Below are positions 30,198 to 46,300 of a stretch of DNA of 64,000 nucleotides, one piece after another (the first letter of the stretch is position 1; each line of letters opens with the position of its first letter). This stretch comes from the human T2T-CHM13v2.0 reference genome, Homo sapiens, in the NCBI RefSeq assembly GCF_009914755.1, contig NC_060930.1; one strand, 5' to 3'. Position numbers and translations under genes: made by a program. The notes under the pieces were generated by a model. The model saw only the letters and a program-made list of their open reading frames with translations. It had not been told where the DNA came from and searched no databases.

Positions 30198-30542
30198 TGT
30201 ATTAGTCCTTTTTCATGCTGCTGATACATACCTGAGACTGGGCAATTTGCAAAAGAAAGAGGTTTAATGGCCTCCCACATGGCCGGGGAGGCCTCACAAT
30301 CATGGCGAAGGAAAGGAGGAGCAAGTCACCTCTTACACGGATGGCAGCAGGCAAAGAAAGAGAGCTTGTGCAGGGAAACTCCTGTTTTTAATACCATCAG
30401 ATCTCATGACACTTATTCACTCTCATGAGAACAGCATGGGAAAGACCCACCCCCGTGATTCAATTACCTCCCACCGGTTTCCTCCCCTAACACATGGGAA
30501 TTCAAGATGAGATTTAGGTGGGGACACAGCCAAACCATATTA
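30198..30542 (-). mobile_element. THE1 (A/B) solo LTR
   Basis: TGTATTAGTC...GGGACACAGCCAAACCATAT with perfect 5-bp TSD GCATC (30193-30197, 30543-30547). Confidence 0.92.
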
Positions 30543-30650
30543 GCATCTGATTCTCAGAGGGCCCAAATGAATACAAATTCCCATCCTGAAAAACTATTGA
30601 CTATCCTAGCAAAGATTCTTAGAGATAACTCCTTCTTTCCTGTCCACAAA

Positions 30651-30930
30651 TCTCTATTCATTTCCAAGGGCTGCTCTAACAAAGTACCACCAACTGTTGT
30701 CGAAATTTCTTCAACAACAGAAATTTATTGTCTCATAGTTCTGCAGGCTGGAAGTCCACGATTAAGGTGTCAGCAGGGTTGACTCCTTCTGAGCACTCTG
30801 AGGAAGAATCTGTTCATGCCTCTTCCTCGCTTCTGGTGACAGCCAGCAGGCCTTGGCATTCCTTGGTTTGTTGATCCATTGTTCCAGCCTCTGCCTCCAT
30901 CTTCACATAGATTTCTCCCTTCATGTGTCT
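30651..30930 (-). mobile_element. MLT1B/C-like LTR fragment
   Basis: AACAAAGTACCAC..AACAACAGAAATTTATTGTCTCATAGTTCTG..AAGGTGTCAGCAGGG. Confidence 0.78.
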
Positions 30931-32149
30931 TATACATCCTAAGACATATTCCGCAACTGAGATATAGTCCCCATCATTGCCTGCCAATTGCATCTAAACT
31001 CCATAGTGTTCCACTGGAAGCCTTTAGAGATTCAGTTCCAATCTCTCTTCCTGTCCAAATGTCCCACAGCTCCAACTCTCCAGTCCTGCCTGCCTATTCT
31101 CCATTTCTAGAATGTTCCCTGAACTTTCCCACCTCTTTGCCCTTTATCCCCCGACTATTTCATCCTCGTGATCCCTCTCCTCTCCCCGTGGCTCTGTCCA
31201 TCAGACCCCAATCCATCTTCCACACATGCCAAGTGCTGCCTTGCTCAAGATACCAACAGCCAGAACTGACCTCTATCTTCTTGGGATTTCTACAGTACTA
31301 TCATTTTACCACATGCTGCCTTATATTTTATTATTTGTGTATGCTTTACCTCCAAATTGTACATTTCTTGAAGAACAGAACAATATATTTTCAGATTTTT
31401 AACCCCCAAACGTTATTTATCCGTGTATAAATACATGTAAGATGCTCATTTAAAATTTTGGCCAAGTAATAGAAAATAAAATACTATTTCTTAAGGATGG
31501 TGAATTCATTGGAGGTGATGTCAGGGATATAGTAGAAAATCCTTCAGAAAAGTAGAAAAACTTCCTAGAGGGTGATGAATAAAAGTGATGCTATTGGAGA
31601 GGGATGTATATGAGGTGGATGTTGTGGATGTGAAGGGAGGTGGTGACTGAACAATGGTGGCAGAGTAAACAGTGGCAGGAACGTTAGCCCCACCTTCCTC
31701 CTGGCTCTGTGTTGGAGGAAGCGAGCAAATATGTGCCAATCTATCATGTCCCCTCATATAAATGTGACTGTGTTTCTAGAGTTCCTACCTTGTGCCAGGC
31801 ACTAGGGTTATGCAAAAAAGAGAGCAAGACGTGGTCACAGCTGTTGTTGTAGCTTGTGTATGTGAAGAAATGCATTTTGGTCTCTTCATGGCCAGCTTAT
31901 TACTGGGAGGTGAGAACAGGAAGAGGTCAGCCGAGCATTCAAGGACCACTAAGCCATGGCCCTAGGCTGCTTTTTCAGCTTTTCTTCCCACAACTTTCTT
32001 ATAAAAGACTCCTAAATTAAAATTAGCTACCAACTGGACTGTGTGTAGATTATTTGGCAGATCTCACTTTGCCTATACTCATATCATATACAACCTGATA
32101 TGTCACACCCTTCTCTCCCCCAACCCTTGAGTATGTTCCAAGTTTTCTC

Positions 32150-32392
32150 CATGAATCCTTTCTGGCCACCCTAACACCAGTCAGCACAATTTAATTTGTA
32201 CCTCTCTTTTGACCACTGTATCCCTCTACCATCTTGATGTGTGGGTAGGCATCCTTTTTCTCCTAGACTGTGAGCTACTTAGGGACATGAGTGTTGTTTT
32301 TGTAAGTATCTGATTTTCATACAATGCCTGAGATAATCTTTTAAACACAGTAGGCATTCAATAAACATCTCTGGAATAAATTAATGAATGGA
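32150..32392 (+). mobile_element. L2 3' end
   Basis: CTAGACTGTGAGCT..AGGGACA..CACAGTAGGCATTCAATAAA..AATGAATG. Confidence 0.7.
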
Positions 32393-32722
32393 GCATCTAA
32401 GAACTTTTTCATGGAGCAGTAGAGGTGACTTTTGCCTGGAAACCCTTTCCTCATTTTGTTTCCTAGTCACTTCCAGCTGTGTTTCATGTTCTATAATATC
32501 TTTATGGATTCCTTCTTGATCTTCACAAGACTTAAGTAAAAGAACAGACTAGTTTGCATTTTTAATTTAAGAATACTGCAATTATAAGTAATTATTTAGG
32601 TACTGGAGACTGCAACTGCAATGAATTTTAAATACAATTTAATTTCTAGTGCACAGTTTCTGCGCTATTTTTTCTTCTGTGTTTCATGGTCTGTAGCTGA
32701 GGTAACAGAGCCACAGTTATAT

Positions 32723-32795
32723 TTTATAACTAATTAGCAACTGAAATTAGAAAGTTTTACTTTATAACTAATTAGCAACTGAAATTAGAAAGTTT
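32723..32795. repeat. Perfect 35-bp duplication, period 38
   Basis: TTTATAACTAATTAGCAACTGAAATTAGAAAGTTT at 32723-32757 and 32761-32795. Confidence 0.95.
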
Positions 32796-33410
32796 ATACC
32801 AATTATCAACATTCAACACTTTGAATAACTTGACAATTCTGAATATTTTGGATCACAGTTAACCTGAAATCATAAATACCTAATTTCATGATTACTTATC
32901 TGAGATATGAGGGCCAATAAGCTATTGTTATTGCTTCTTTCTAGAAAATTGAATGTTATTCCACAAACCACCTGGCCAAATCTAAGTTTGCAAACTGAGG
33001 ATGGTTGAGGTCTCGTTTACGGGGCAAATCCTTCCTTTGGAAACCTGATGTCGATTCCTTGCAAATCACTTCATTCCTGATTCTCTGACCATCTTTTGCT
33101 CTGCATAGAATAAAAAACAAGAGTGTGTTTTTATTCCCTTGAGATTCCTGCTAACATTTTCCCCCTTTTGCTTGCCTGTGGTTGTATGTTACAGTAGTTT
33201 AGGATGGAATTAGCTCACAAGAGTTTTTGCAACAACATGGTGCTGTCTTGTCGAAGACTTGCTCACTCCTCACAAAACTCCCTTTAGGCCATAAATAAAT
33301 TAAAACGTGATTTTCTACTAAAAAGTTAATGCTGTTCATTGAGAGAATACTGGCAATACAGGAGCTAGGATAATCTAAGAACGGCTGCAATTGCTTTTAA
33401 ATGACAGCAT

Positions 33411-33449
33411 CTTAATGTCTGTATTACTTTTTTCTTTCCCTAGGTAAGT
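33411..33449 (+). other. Candidate recursive splice site (ratchet point): branch point + polypyrimidine tract + TAG|GTAAGT
   Basis: CTTAAT (33411-33416), AG-free zone, CTTTTTTCTTTCCC, TAG 33441-33443 immediately followed by consensus donor GTAAGT 33444-33449. Confidence 0.75.
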
Positions 33450-33491
33450 GGTGTTTTATCTTCATTGCTTCAGGGAGTGTTGATTTGTCTG
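33444..33491 (+). other. Candidate 48-nt RS-exon (cryptic exon)
   Basis: Bounded by the 3' splice site at 33443 and a second consensus donor CTG|GTAAGT (33489-33497). Confidence 0.7.
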
Positions 33492-33534
33492 GTAAGTGTT
33501 CGTTTTGCTCTGGTACAAGGTACTACTTCAAAGA

Positions 33535-33540
33535 TGCATG
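33535..33540 (+). promoter_or_regulatory. TGCATG RBFOX-type splicing element downstream of the candidate RS-exon
   Basis: Exact hexamer 44 nt downstream of the exon's donor site. Function inferred only. Confidence 0.35.
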
Positions 33541-36500
33541 TGAATTGCCTGTGAGAACCAAAAGGCAAACCAGAAAGCATAAGCGAACTTTGGAAATGAT
33601 ATACACTGAGAAGGCTGGTGTGTGTTCAATCTTGTTCAGATTTTTTCTTTTTTCTGAGAGCTTACTTTGGAGTTACAACACACTTTGTTCTTCGGTCTGG
33701 AAAAGAGCCCAGGGGCTGATTAAGTGTTGATGAAAACTTGCCTTCCATAAATTCTTTTTATGTGAATTTTCTTGTCTTTTTTTCTTTTACTTCTTTCTGC
33801 CTTTATTGGAATTTTTTAAATGCCCTCCATTCAGATTTTGATAAAACCATAAAACTCCAGATAGAGGCATTTTGCTGAAGTTTTTGCTACTTACGTATAC
33901 TGTGTTACTCCAGTATTTTGACTAAATTGTTACCCAGAACCTCCTTTGCTTTTCTGTTCTCCTCCTCCTGTGTCACGGTGGTTTCATCTGTACGGTATTA
34001 ATGTTCCATTGGTACTCAGCACAATGTGGCGATTAAGTCCTACTTCTCAATAACATTTTTATTAAGCTACTGAAACAAATATGTCCCTAAATTTCTAGCT
34101 GTACTGGCACAGACATTATTTTACTGATTCCTTCTATAAATTAGTGACTGAGAGTTGCTGTTTTTCTAGATATGTTGTTGATACCGAGATTTTTTCCTTT
34201 AAAAGAATTACCAAGGAGCTATCCAGGATGAAGATGAATTGCAAGGAGAGAAAAAAAAAAAAACACGAATCATTTGATCTGTGAATTTCATAGTTGAATA
34301 TACCCAACATCTGATGATTTTATTTTGTTTCTTATAATAGTGGACTCTCCCACTTTTTTGAGCTGACACAGAAAATGCTAGACCACATTGTCTTTTGAAA
34401 GGAATATAGGAAATTCCATTTCCCTGTGTGTAATATCTATAGACCTTTGTTATCTTACGTTATAGGTTCAGATTATTGGTTCCGTTAGAAGTAATTGTTC
34501 TTTAAAAGCATTGAATTTGGTTTAGCTATATTCTGCTGTCCTCTCCTTCACGTTCATCATCCCCCAAAATTTTGCCATTACATTAATAAATTTAGCTGAG
34601 ATATATCTATATCTATATCTGTATAGTTAGGTGCTTAAAGAGGTTTTTATTTTAAATATACATTGGATCTATTTGCCTTTTGGGGGAAGGGTTCTTTTTT
34701 GGTTTTTTGTTTTGTTTTGTTTTGATTTTTGCTTTTGATCATCTGAGCTTAAAATGTTTTACTTGTGTTTATGTGTGTTTAATAGAACATGTTTGAAGAA
34801 GAGTCCCCAGAGGTCAACTAAACTGCTCTTGAAACGTTCAAAAGACGCAGACATTGCTTTAAATAACCCATATGGGATTTTGACCCCATGCTGTTTGCAG
34901 TCCTGCAATAGAATTTTTCTATTAAAGATTCTGGATTAAAAAGATCAGAAAACAGGAGACAGAAAGATGGAGGGGTGAAGAAGGTTAGATTTCAAACTTG
35001 CATAGGCTTTTCCCCAGACTTTGAAGCCTATCAGAGACCCACAGACGTGTGAACCAAGACATTATTTGAACAGCCTGCTTAACAACAGGCTGAATAGAGA
35101 ACCACATTTTAAATTGACAAAGTTAGCCCGTGCTGAGAGTTTTTTATTATTTGCCTTTGACCTTATTGGACACTGTAAATGAAATATAGTGGTGCAGGTT
35201 TGAAAAGGCCAGGGGCTACTTAGTTATGCCACTCCTATGATGGGGGAAAAAACCCAAGAGTGAACAAATACAGTATATTTAACTCTATCCCCTTAACTCA
35301 GACCGCAGTAATATAAATGGTTCCAATCTGTAACCCCAGTTTGGTAAGAAATCTTTTGTTATTTTTAAATTCATTTCACTATATTCAGGTAAGCCACACA
35401 GAAAAGTCAAAGCTGGAGAGGGGGCTGAGTTTTATTTTCACTATAAAGAGAACTTGAAAACACTTTATTTGGGATAAAGTCTATTTTTAACTTAGGTTTC
35501 CTAATTTCTATCACGCTACTTCTAATGCTTCTACATGCTACTTACTGCCACTCTAAAATCAGATGCACTAGAGTTTCTGCCAGCAAACTTATCTAAAATA
35601 TCGTTATTTTTCTTATTAAAAAATGTCAGTCTAGTTATCTGTAACATACAATGACCACACTGGATTTCCACTCCTGGGTAAAAGCAACTATATGATTATA
35701 TAAGTGACAATTGTACAACGCTCATTTCTATATTGTTTGAGAACTCTTATGTGATATGGATAACTAAAAGATACTATACTTCCTCAACATTAAATTTTTA
35801 ATTCTATTAGGTTCATTTTGTTATACTGCATTTCTTAAATAATTCAAGTATGATAAAATATATTGTAGAATTGGACTGAATTATGAAATGCATTGTAATT
35901 AATTTCTTTCCTCTAGTGACTTGTGTTAGTACTTTGCTGATAATAAGAAATATGATGTATCCTGAACCTCATGAAGATACAATGTTAGAGCAGAAGGTAT
36001 AAGACATGTCAGGCACTTCAAAAAACAGATAGAAAACCAAGACGGAATATGAAGCCTGGAATAGAAAACAAGCATCTTAGGAGAAGGGAAGGCATTGAAA
36101 TTTTCACGCAGTTAGCCGTGCAGAGAAAACACAGTTTATTTTTCTATGACTAATATGATCATTTTGCATTCTTACCATACCAGATGGGAGAAACTGGGAT
36201 TTGCTTTTCAATATATCTCAATCTCTTCTCATTTAAACCATCTTCTGTCATCCTGAAAAAGTAGGCAAAGCTTAACTTCCTGTAGGTTCTGGCTGAAGAG
36301 TATCTGCTCTGCCTATCTGCAGCCCCCAGCCTCAGCATGGCCTCCTGATATTGGGCTGGTTCACATGTGTGCACTAGCTGGGACCCACTCAGCTGCATCA
36401 AGGTTTGTGCGTGGCATTCAGACTGCTGCTGTGAACTGTGGTTTTGCCTCTCCTGGCTTGATACGTCCTCCTGAGGTCTAGCTAACTCACATTTGGCCCC

Positions 36501-37106
36501 GACCTGGTATGACCACCCTCACCCTGTACCCAGGCTGTCAGGGACAGTTCATGCTGGGAAGTTCACAGCCAGCACAACCTTCTCCTCCTTCCTAATGGGC
36601 ACAGTGGAAACCTGGGCCATCTCCCCAAAGCAGCAGGGTAAGCTCAGGTGTTGGGGACCTTAAGTTTCCTCACTGAATCCAAACGTTTGGACCTCCCACA
36701 TTCTTCCAGGCACTCTTGGAAACAGTCTGTTCCCGAAAACCCAAACAGGAAGCAGGCTGAAATCCTCCTCACCCTCAATATTGCTCTCAGCCAAATTTCA
36801 CAATCCTGCCTGCCAAGATTTTGACATAGAGAGGGGAGGTCAAGTTTTCTTTCTCTGTTTCCCTCGCCTCCGGATCTTTCTCTTCCCACCGTCGTTCTGG
36901 AAGGGTGTTCTGCTTTCTTTACCTCATATTCTAGACCTTTCTACTCAGGCCGTGTAATAAATTCTAAGATCTAGTAGCCAGGCTTGGCTCTCCATGTGCT
37001 AAGTGAGAGCAAATAGGACTTAAAAAAATTTTTCTCCCTCAATTCTGACCTTTATGACTGTTAACCCAACTCCAGGATTCTATTTGGTCATCAAAGACCA
37101 AACTGA

Positions 37107-37417
<311 letters not shown>

Positions 37418-38405
37418 TCTTTTCTTTCATTTCTACCATCACAGCCCTAATGCCCTTTCTATACCAGACAGGTCAGTGCATTGGGCTCACAAATGAGCAA
37501 CTCAAGTACACAGAAATGCAAACGAGAGAAGCACATCAAAATGTGTCTACCGCACTGCGTGTCCTTCAAGGAGATTGGTGTGGGTTCCAGGGGATTGTGT
37601 GTTTGATCAGCAAAAAAATAAAAATGATATTTATTTTATTTGGTGGCTTATGTCAGGGGCATAGAGAAAGGCTGGGGCTAGACTTAAGGGGAATTTGATT
37701 GATTGGCCAAAGGCTTCAGTCATATAGAGCCACAGTCCCAAAGTGATTTCGGCAAAGCAGTCATTCCGTAAGATGTTCTGACAGACGCAGAATAAATGTA
37801 TTTGGGATTGCTACATACCATATGGCCCCTCTTAAGACTCTTAATGTGTATTAGCATAGTAATGTTTCAGATAATTCCTGCCACATCGGGATACATAGAA
37901 CACCATTTAACGCAGGGGGGCCATATTCATGTAACACCTATTAACAATCGAGAAATCTTTCCCTTGAGAACTGCTGCTAGTGTAATGATGAAGCTAGAAA
38001 TTGGTTTTGGTGAGAACCAACAGGAGGGAAGTAGAGCTTTAGGAAGTTCTTTCAGTTTTTATTCAGAGTAAGAGGGCTTACTCTGTCCAAGGCACGCTGA
38101 TTAATCAGTCCAAAAAGATGAATGCCAAATCGGTGCTTGAGGACTCAGAATTTCCCAAAATTGCCATCTTTATGTGTAAGTATAGAATGTCAGCTATTTA
38201 CAGTCAGTTTGCTATGCAGTACCAGTAAAATACTCTGCTTGTATTTGATATATCAAGATTATTAAAGAAATTACCAACCTTCCCCCAAAATAATTGTTTT
38301 TAGTGAACAGCTAATGTTATTTCCTTTGCTGGGTAGGCGTGATATATTAATGGTGATGGATATCAATTGTGTATCAATGGAGATGAATGAATGTCAACAC
38401 TTTGA

Positions 38406-38810
<405 letters not shown>

Positions 38811-40304
38811 CTATATGAAATAAAACTTGGAGAGACCTACATTTCATTTCATAATGAATTATCTCCTTTTTTAATTGAAAATATTACAACTTTCTATGTT
38901 AATCATGATAAAATGCCTCAGAGGACTTTTTATGTTTTATACAGCTTGACCAATTTTATGTTTTAATTTTTAATTTTTTCTCCTTCCTTCATATAGTATT
39001 CTTTTTTAATGTGCCTTTATCCTCACTGAATACCCTGACATATTCAAAACCTCCTACAGTTGATGTCAGTAATACTAAGTGTCAAGATCTCCAAATTCAT
39101 CTAATTCCAGTTTACTTTGTCAATAATCCTTGTCCTCTTTTCAAAAGTGTGGCATATTTTGAAAAATAATCAGATATTTTTAAATCCGTGTAAAACAGGA
39201 GAGTCCACTGTAAATCTTTGCTTTACCAAAGGTGGTTTATTCAGCTACAATTTCTCTCATTTTGGTTTTTTTTTTTCTCTTTCTTCCTTTGGCCACTTCA
39301 GCCATTCGACTCTCAGAAATTCTGTCAGGAAAAACAAATGGATATGAAATCTGAAGATAAAGGTTTGTGGGGAAAGAATAAAAGGATCATGAAATGTCAG
39401 GGCTGAAAAATATCTTAGCATCCAGCCTAGTGTTCTATTTACACCAGCCCTGTTTTGGCTCCCAATCTGATTCTCTTCCTATTGCATCAAACTGAGTTTT
39501 AAAGAAATTTGAAACTATGCATTTCAAGACTATTTGGTGATTATGTTAATCTCCAATTCTGCCTATTTTTGATTATGTTAAAATCAGCCAAAATATAGAA
39601 CATAGAGTTATACTTATGCCCAACATCATAATATGCCTTCAGTTATTAACATATGTTGTAGGTAAGCTTGTTATTATTTGAAATGTAAATATTTATATGT
39701 GTAATGTGTAAAAGTTTTCAAATATGGGTCATAACATATCCAATGGTTTATTTGTCTATGCCACTAACACATCTTTGGGCACCCAAGTTTAAGTGCAGTA
39801 CATTTTGCTGGTTGATGTACCAAGGAATGACTTATAATTGTGATGAAATTTGAACTTCATATTGCAAAAGATAATCATCATTTGCTAGAAAAAATTAAAA
39901 CCGTTTAAATTTTTATCATAGAAAGAGCTAAAAGAAATTCTAAGTATATTTTTATAGATAAGCCACTTTGGAAATTTCACAGATAAAACACCAGCTTGTT
40001 AACAGAGTTAAGCTACCAAAAAGACACTCCAGAATGGGCCGTAACATAACTTTTTACCAGTGTAACTTACACTGTGATTTAAAAGTGTGTATGTGGTCAA
40101 ATATGTTTCCTTTGTTTTCACTGAAGTATTTTTATTCAGTAAATACAGTCATTATTTTATCACCTTCGTGTTTTAAGCTCGAATTGTATTGAATCACATT
40201 TAGTAAGTAAAATAATCTATACTCCTGCAATTCTGAAAGTGATTCAAATCCATTTTAGGATACCAGATTGAAAAACAGCAACTTAATGTTGAGATAACGT
40301 CATG

Positions 40305-41189
<885 letters not shown>

Positions 41190-41202
41190 TTTGATACTAT
41201 CT

Positions 41203-41298
41203 TCTTTTGTTTCTTTGAGTTGGAGTTTCACTCTTGTTGCCCAGGCTGGAGTACAATGATGTGCTCTTGGCCCACCACAACCTCTGCCTCTTCATTTC
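41203..41298 (-). mobile_element. Alu right-arm fragment (Sp/Sq-like)
   Basis: GGAGTTTCACTCTTGTTGCCCAGGCTGGAGTACAATG. Confidence 0.8.
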
Positions 41299-41475
41299 AA
41301 AGATATTCACAGTTTGGAGGGTTAGCTATGAGTTTTTCCATTTGTGGAGACAATTTTATGAAATTCTTGAATTATTTAATAGAACTATTGGTGGTAAATT
41401 CTATACCTTTGTATAACACCAACTAAACTGATAGGGACTGAAAAAAATATTGCACTGTTTGAATTCTATAATTCC

Positions 41476-43384
<1,909 letters not shown>

Positions 43385-46300
43385 TTCCCCTTGTTTGAAG
43401 TGAACAAAGAGTTAGAGCTGACTTTATCTTGTTAAATTATAGGTGTTAATTTTGATTGCAATTCACCCAAGAGCACTTAGCTGAAGTATTTACCTGCATT
43501 AATTTACACAATACACACCCCAACTATAATAGATTAAAAGTCTACATTTTAAAAATAGTTAAATCATTTCTAAACATTTTATTACTTGCTGATACTATTT
43601 CAAGGCAATTGTGTATTTCATTTTGTTGTCTTGATAAGCTCTAAAGCCTAATGCTTTTGTTTAATATAAAAATTAAGGCTTCAGGATCACCATAGTGATT
43701 GTTTCCTATGAAAGAATGTATTATTTCTCAGATTTTAAATTGCTCAAGGGTATAAAAAAGTATTAAAAAATAATTTTATAGATCATAATAAAGCCAATGT
43801 TTTATATTGTTTTTTATAAAATGTAAAATTAATTTAAGCAGCTAAGTCTATTAATGCCAAAGAGTAAATCTATTTAAGTGAAACATTATTTTCATATGTA
43901 AGCTTTTTTATGAAAAAATTTTATGAAAAATATTAATGGAAGTTTTTTTCTTATATACTGAGTCATTTACCTTATTTGATATATGTTCTTGAAAAGCAAA
44001 TATATTTTTCTTACTATCCCTCTTAGGAGATATTAAAAAGTCATATATAATATATATTTTTTTACAACCAGTGATGCAGCATTTGCACAATTATCTCTGA
44101 AGGTTTTATTCCGGATGCTTCTGCACCAGAAAGAAGGTTCTAGACATAGGTATCCCGCAACTACAGTGATCACACAAGTGCCAAAGCACCGTTTCAATTC
44201 TACAGTCAAACTTATTTAATTTGGTAACCAAATGCGTCAATTCCTTCAATTCCCATAATCCAGTTTTTGTCACCTATCCAAGTCTGTTGTGGGTGACCAG
44301 GGAGTTTATCTTTACCTATTCCTGAGCTGCCTTCCTTTTTAACCCATAGCACAAGAGGATTCAACTGCATTTAATATACAAAGTGCAGAGAACTTTAATG
44401 ACCAAGTTAAATTAAACGTATCATCACTCTGTCATTTAATCAATTATTGGGTGCCGCCATCAAGGAGTTCATAGATAATATTGTTTGAATATGTATATTT
44501 TAATAAAAAAGAAAATATGTGCTTTCCTCTATCACAAAGAAAGAAAATTTTAGTGAAAAATGCCTGTAGAAACAGTTCAAATAAAACTGAAAGAACCACA
44601 AGCTATTGTCTTTTTGTATTTGCATTTTTGCTTGCTTGATTTTAGTAAGATTTTAATAAGTTTGGTGGTTTTTTACAATGTAAAATTCAGAAGTGAGATT
44701 CATTTTCAGAGTTTTAGAGAAAAGCTGAAACCGACTCGAATGCTAGAAGGCTTGTAGCTCAGCCTCCCCTGGCTCCCTTCTTCTTTCATCTGCCTCTTGA
44801 TCAGGAGCACTCCTGGACTGGACAGTGGCCAAGTCCTTGGCATGGACTCTCCAGCACAGCTTTTCTTCTCCTGTGACCCATGAATGCCTAGGGAAGGCTG
44901 GGCCACTTGGCATGTTCTGGACTGAAGGGAGATTTGATCATCCTTAAATGCCACACCAATCTCTTTGTAAGGTTCCAAGGAAGACAAAATACAGGCCTTT
45001 CCCTGGAGCTTAACCTGGAGAGATTTTTCCTCTCTGCAACCTTCAAAGCATATTTTGTGTCTTTGTGAAAGTGTTGAGAGGAGAAGGGCAAGTTTTTCTT
45101 TTCTTCTTCCTGCTACAATACAACTCATTCACAAAGCATGCCCTACCCTTTCTTCATTTCCAAGGGCAGAGCATGGTGGACTTGTTCCAATTCAGGGACT
45201 ATGTGATCGTGCTTTCAGGCATTGCCCCTCTTCTACTGAACCAAGGAATAGCAAATTTAATCTAATTGAATTCCACTGCAGTGGTTCGTTTATGTTTTTC
45301 CCAAGAAATATTCCCACTGCTTAAGCTTGGTGTTTGAATTGTACTATAAATAGTGCTGTGTGTGATAAATACTGCTAAGGACAGAAATCCATAAAATGTG
45401 TGTGCTATGGATATTCAGTAATTGTTATCCATATTTAGATATATTAAATATCAAGAGTCCTGAAATTCATATACTACATTTGGGGAGTTTTGTTCATCAA
45501 AAAATAAAACTCTGTGTAGCTGAGACTTTACCCTAACAGGTGGCTCCCTCAGTTTTAAAAGAAATTTCAAAAACAGCTAGGTGACATTAAAATATGTGAG
45601 CTTTCCTCTACCCCTAGGACAAAAACTCATGTGCAGTCATGCGAAAACTATCCAGCATTCATATCAACTTTCTTATTGAAGAATTTGGTGCTAAACCATG
45701 TTCTTTAGGGAAAAAGTCCGTAACATACCAGATAAGTTAACCATTCAATTAGAAATTAAATAAGAGTGGCTGCAGTTGTAACTTGCAAAGTTATGGAATC
45801 TATATTAAATGTGAAAAAGTTTATCTAAATCCAATTAGTTGATTGAATTATATGAAAATGCCAATATTCAACTGTTTCTGATCTGTAAAAAAATGCAGAT
45901 TTTATACAGTTTAACCTAATAACCAGTAGTAATATTGAGCCATACTCTTCCAGTTGAATTTTAATTTACTGTGGTAACTACTGTTTAAATCTTGAAAAGT
46001 AACGATTGCCACGCTGTGATTTGATTAATAGTGACTAAATATATCCTTTATATTTTCTTCTTGGGAAAAAAATGGCATCAGAACATGGCTTTCAATGCTG
46101 GGCTTCCTTCTAATTATGCCTCAGCCCCATTTTTCCAGATCCCAGAGTTTTAGTTGGCTATTTTGGAAAAATCTAAGAGAAAACTAAAGGCCTTCTGAAG
46201 TTTAGGTATTTTAATGGCCCTATCATCAAGTTTGCTGATTATTTCTTTGGCCACCTGAAATCTGCTGCTGAGCCCTTCTAGAGAATGTGATGCATTCTCT

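Larger units (their letters stand above)
29380..31470 (+). mobile_element. Fragmented L2 with nested LTRs
   Basis: Pyrimidine-rich L2-like body (AAAACTGAACTCAT at ~29840, L2 3' region 30960-31470), interrupted by an ERVL-like LTR (~29850-30575), THE1 and MLT1. Confidence 0.5.

Noticed and set aside
30879-31430. 183-aa Pro/Ser/Leu-rich ORF
   Set aside because: It spans MLT1 and L2 remnants, starts at a non-ATG codon, and its composition mirrors pyrimidine-rich repeat DNA. No recognisable domain.
33411-33497. Naming the host gene of the recursive splice site
   Set aside because: No exon of a recognisable gene is in the window and I cannot match the site from memory. It needs BLAT.
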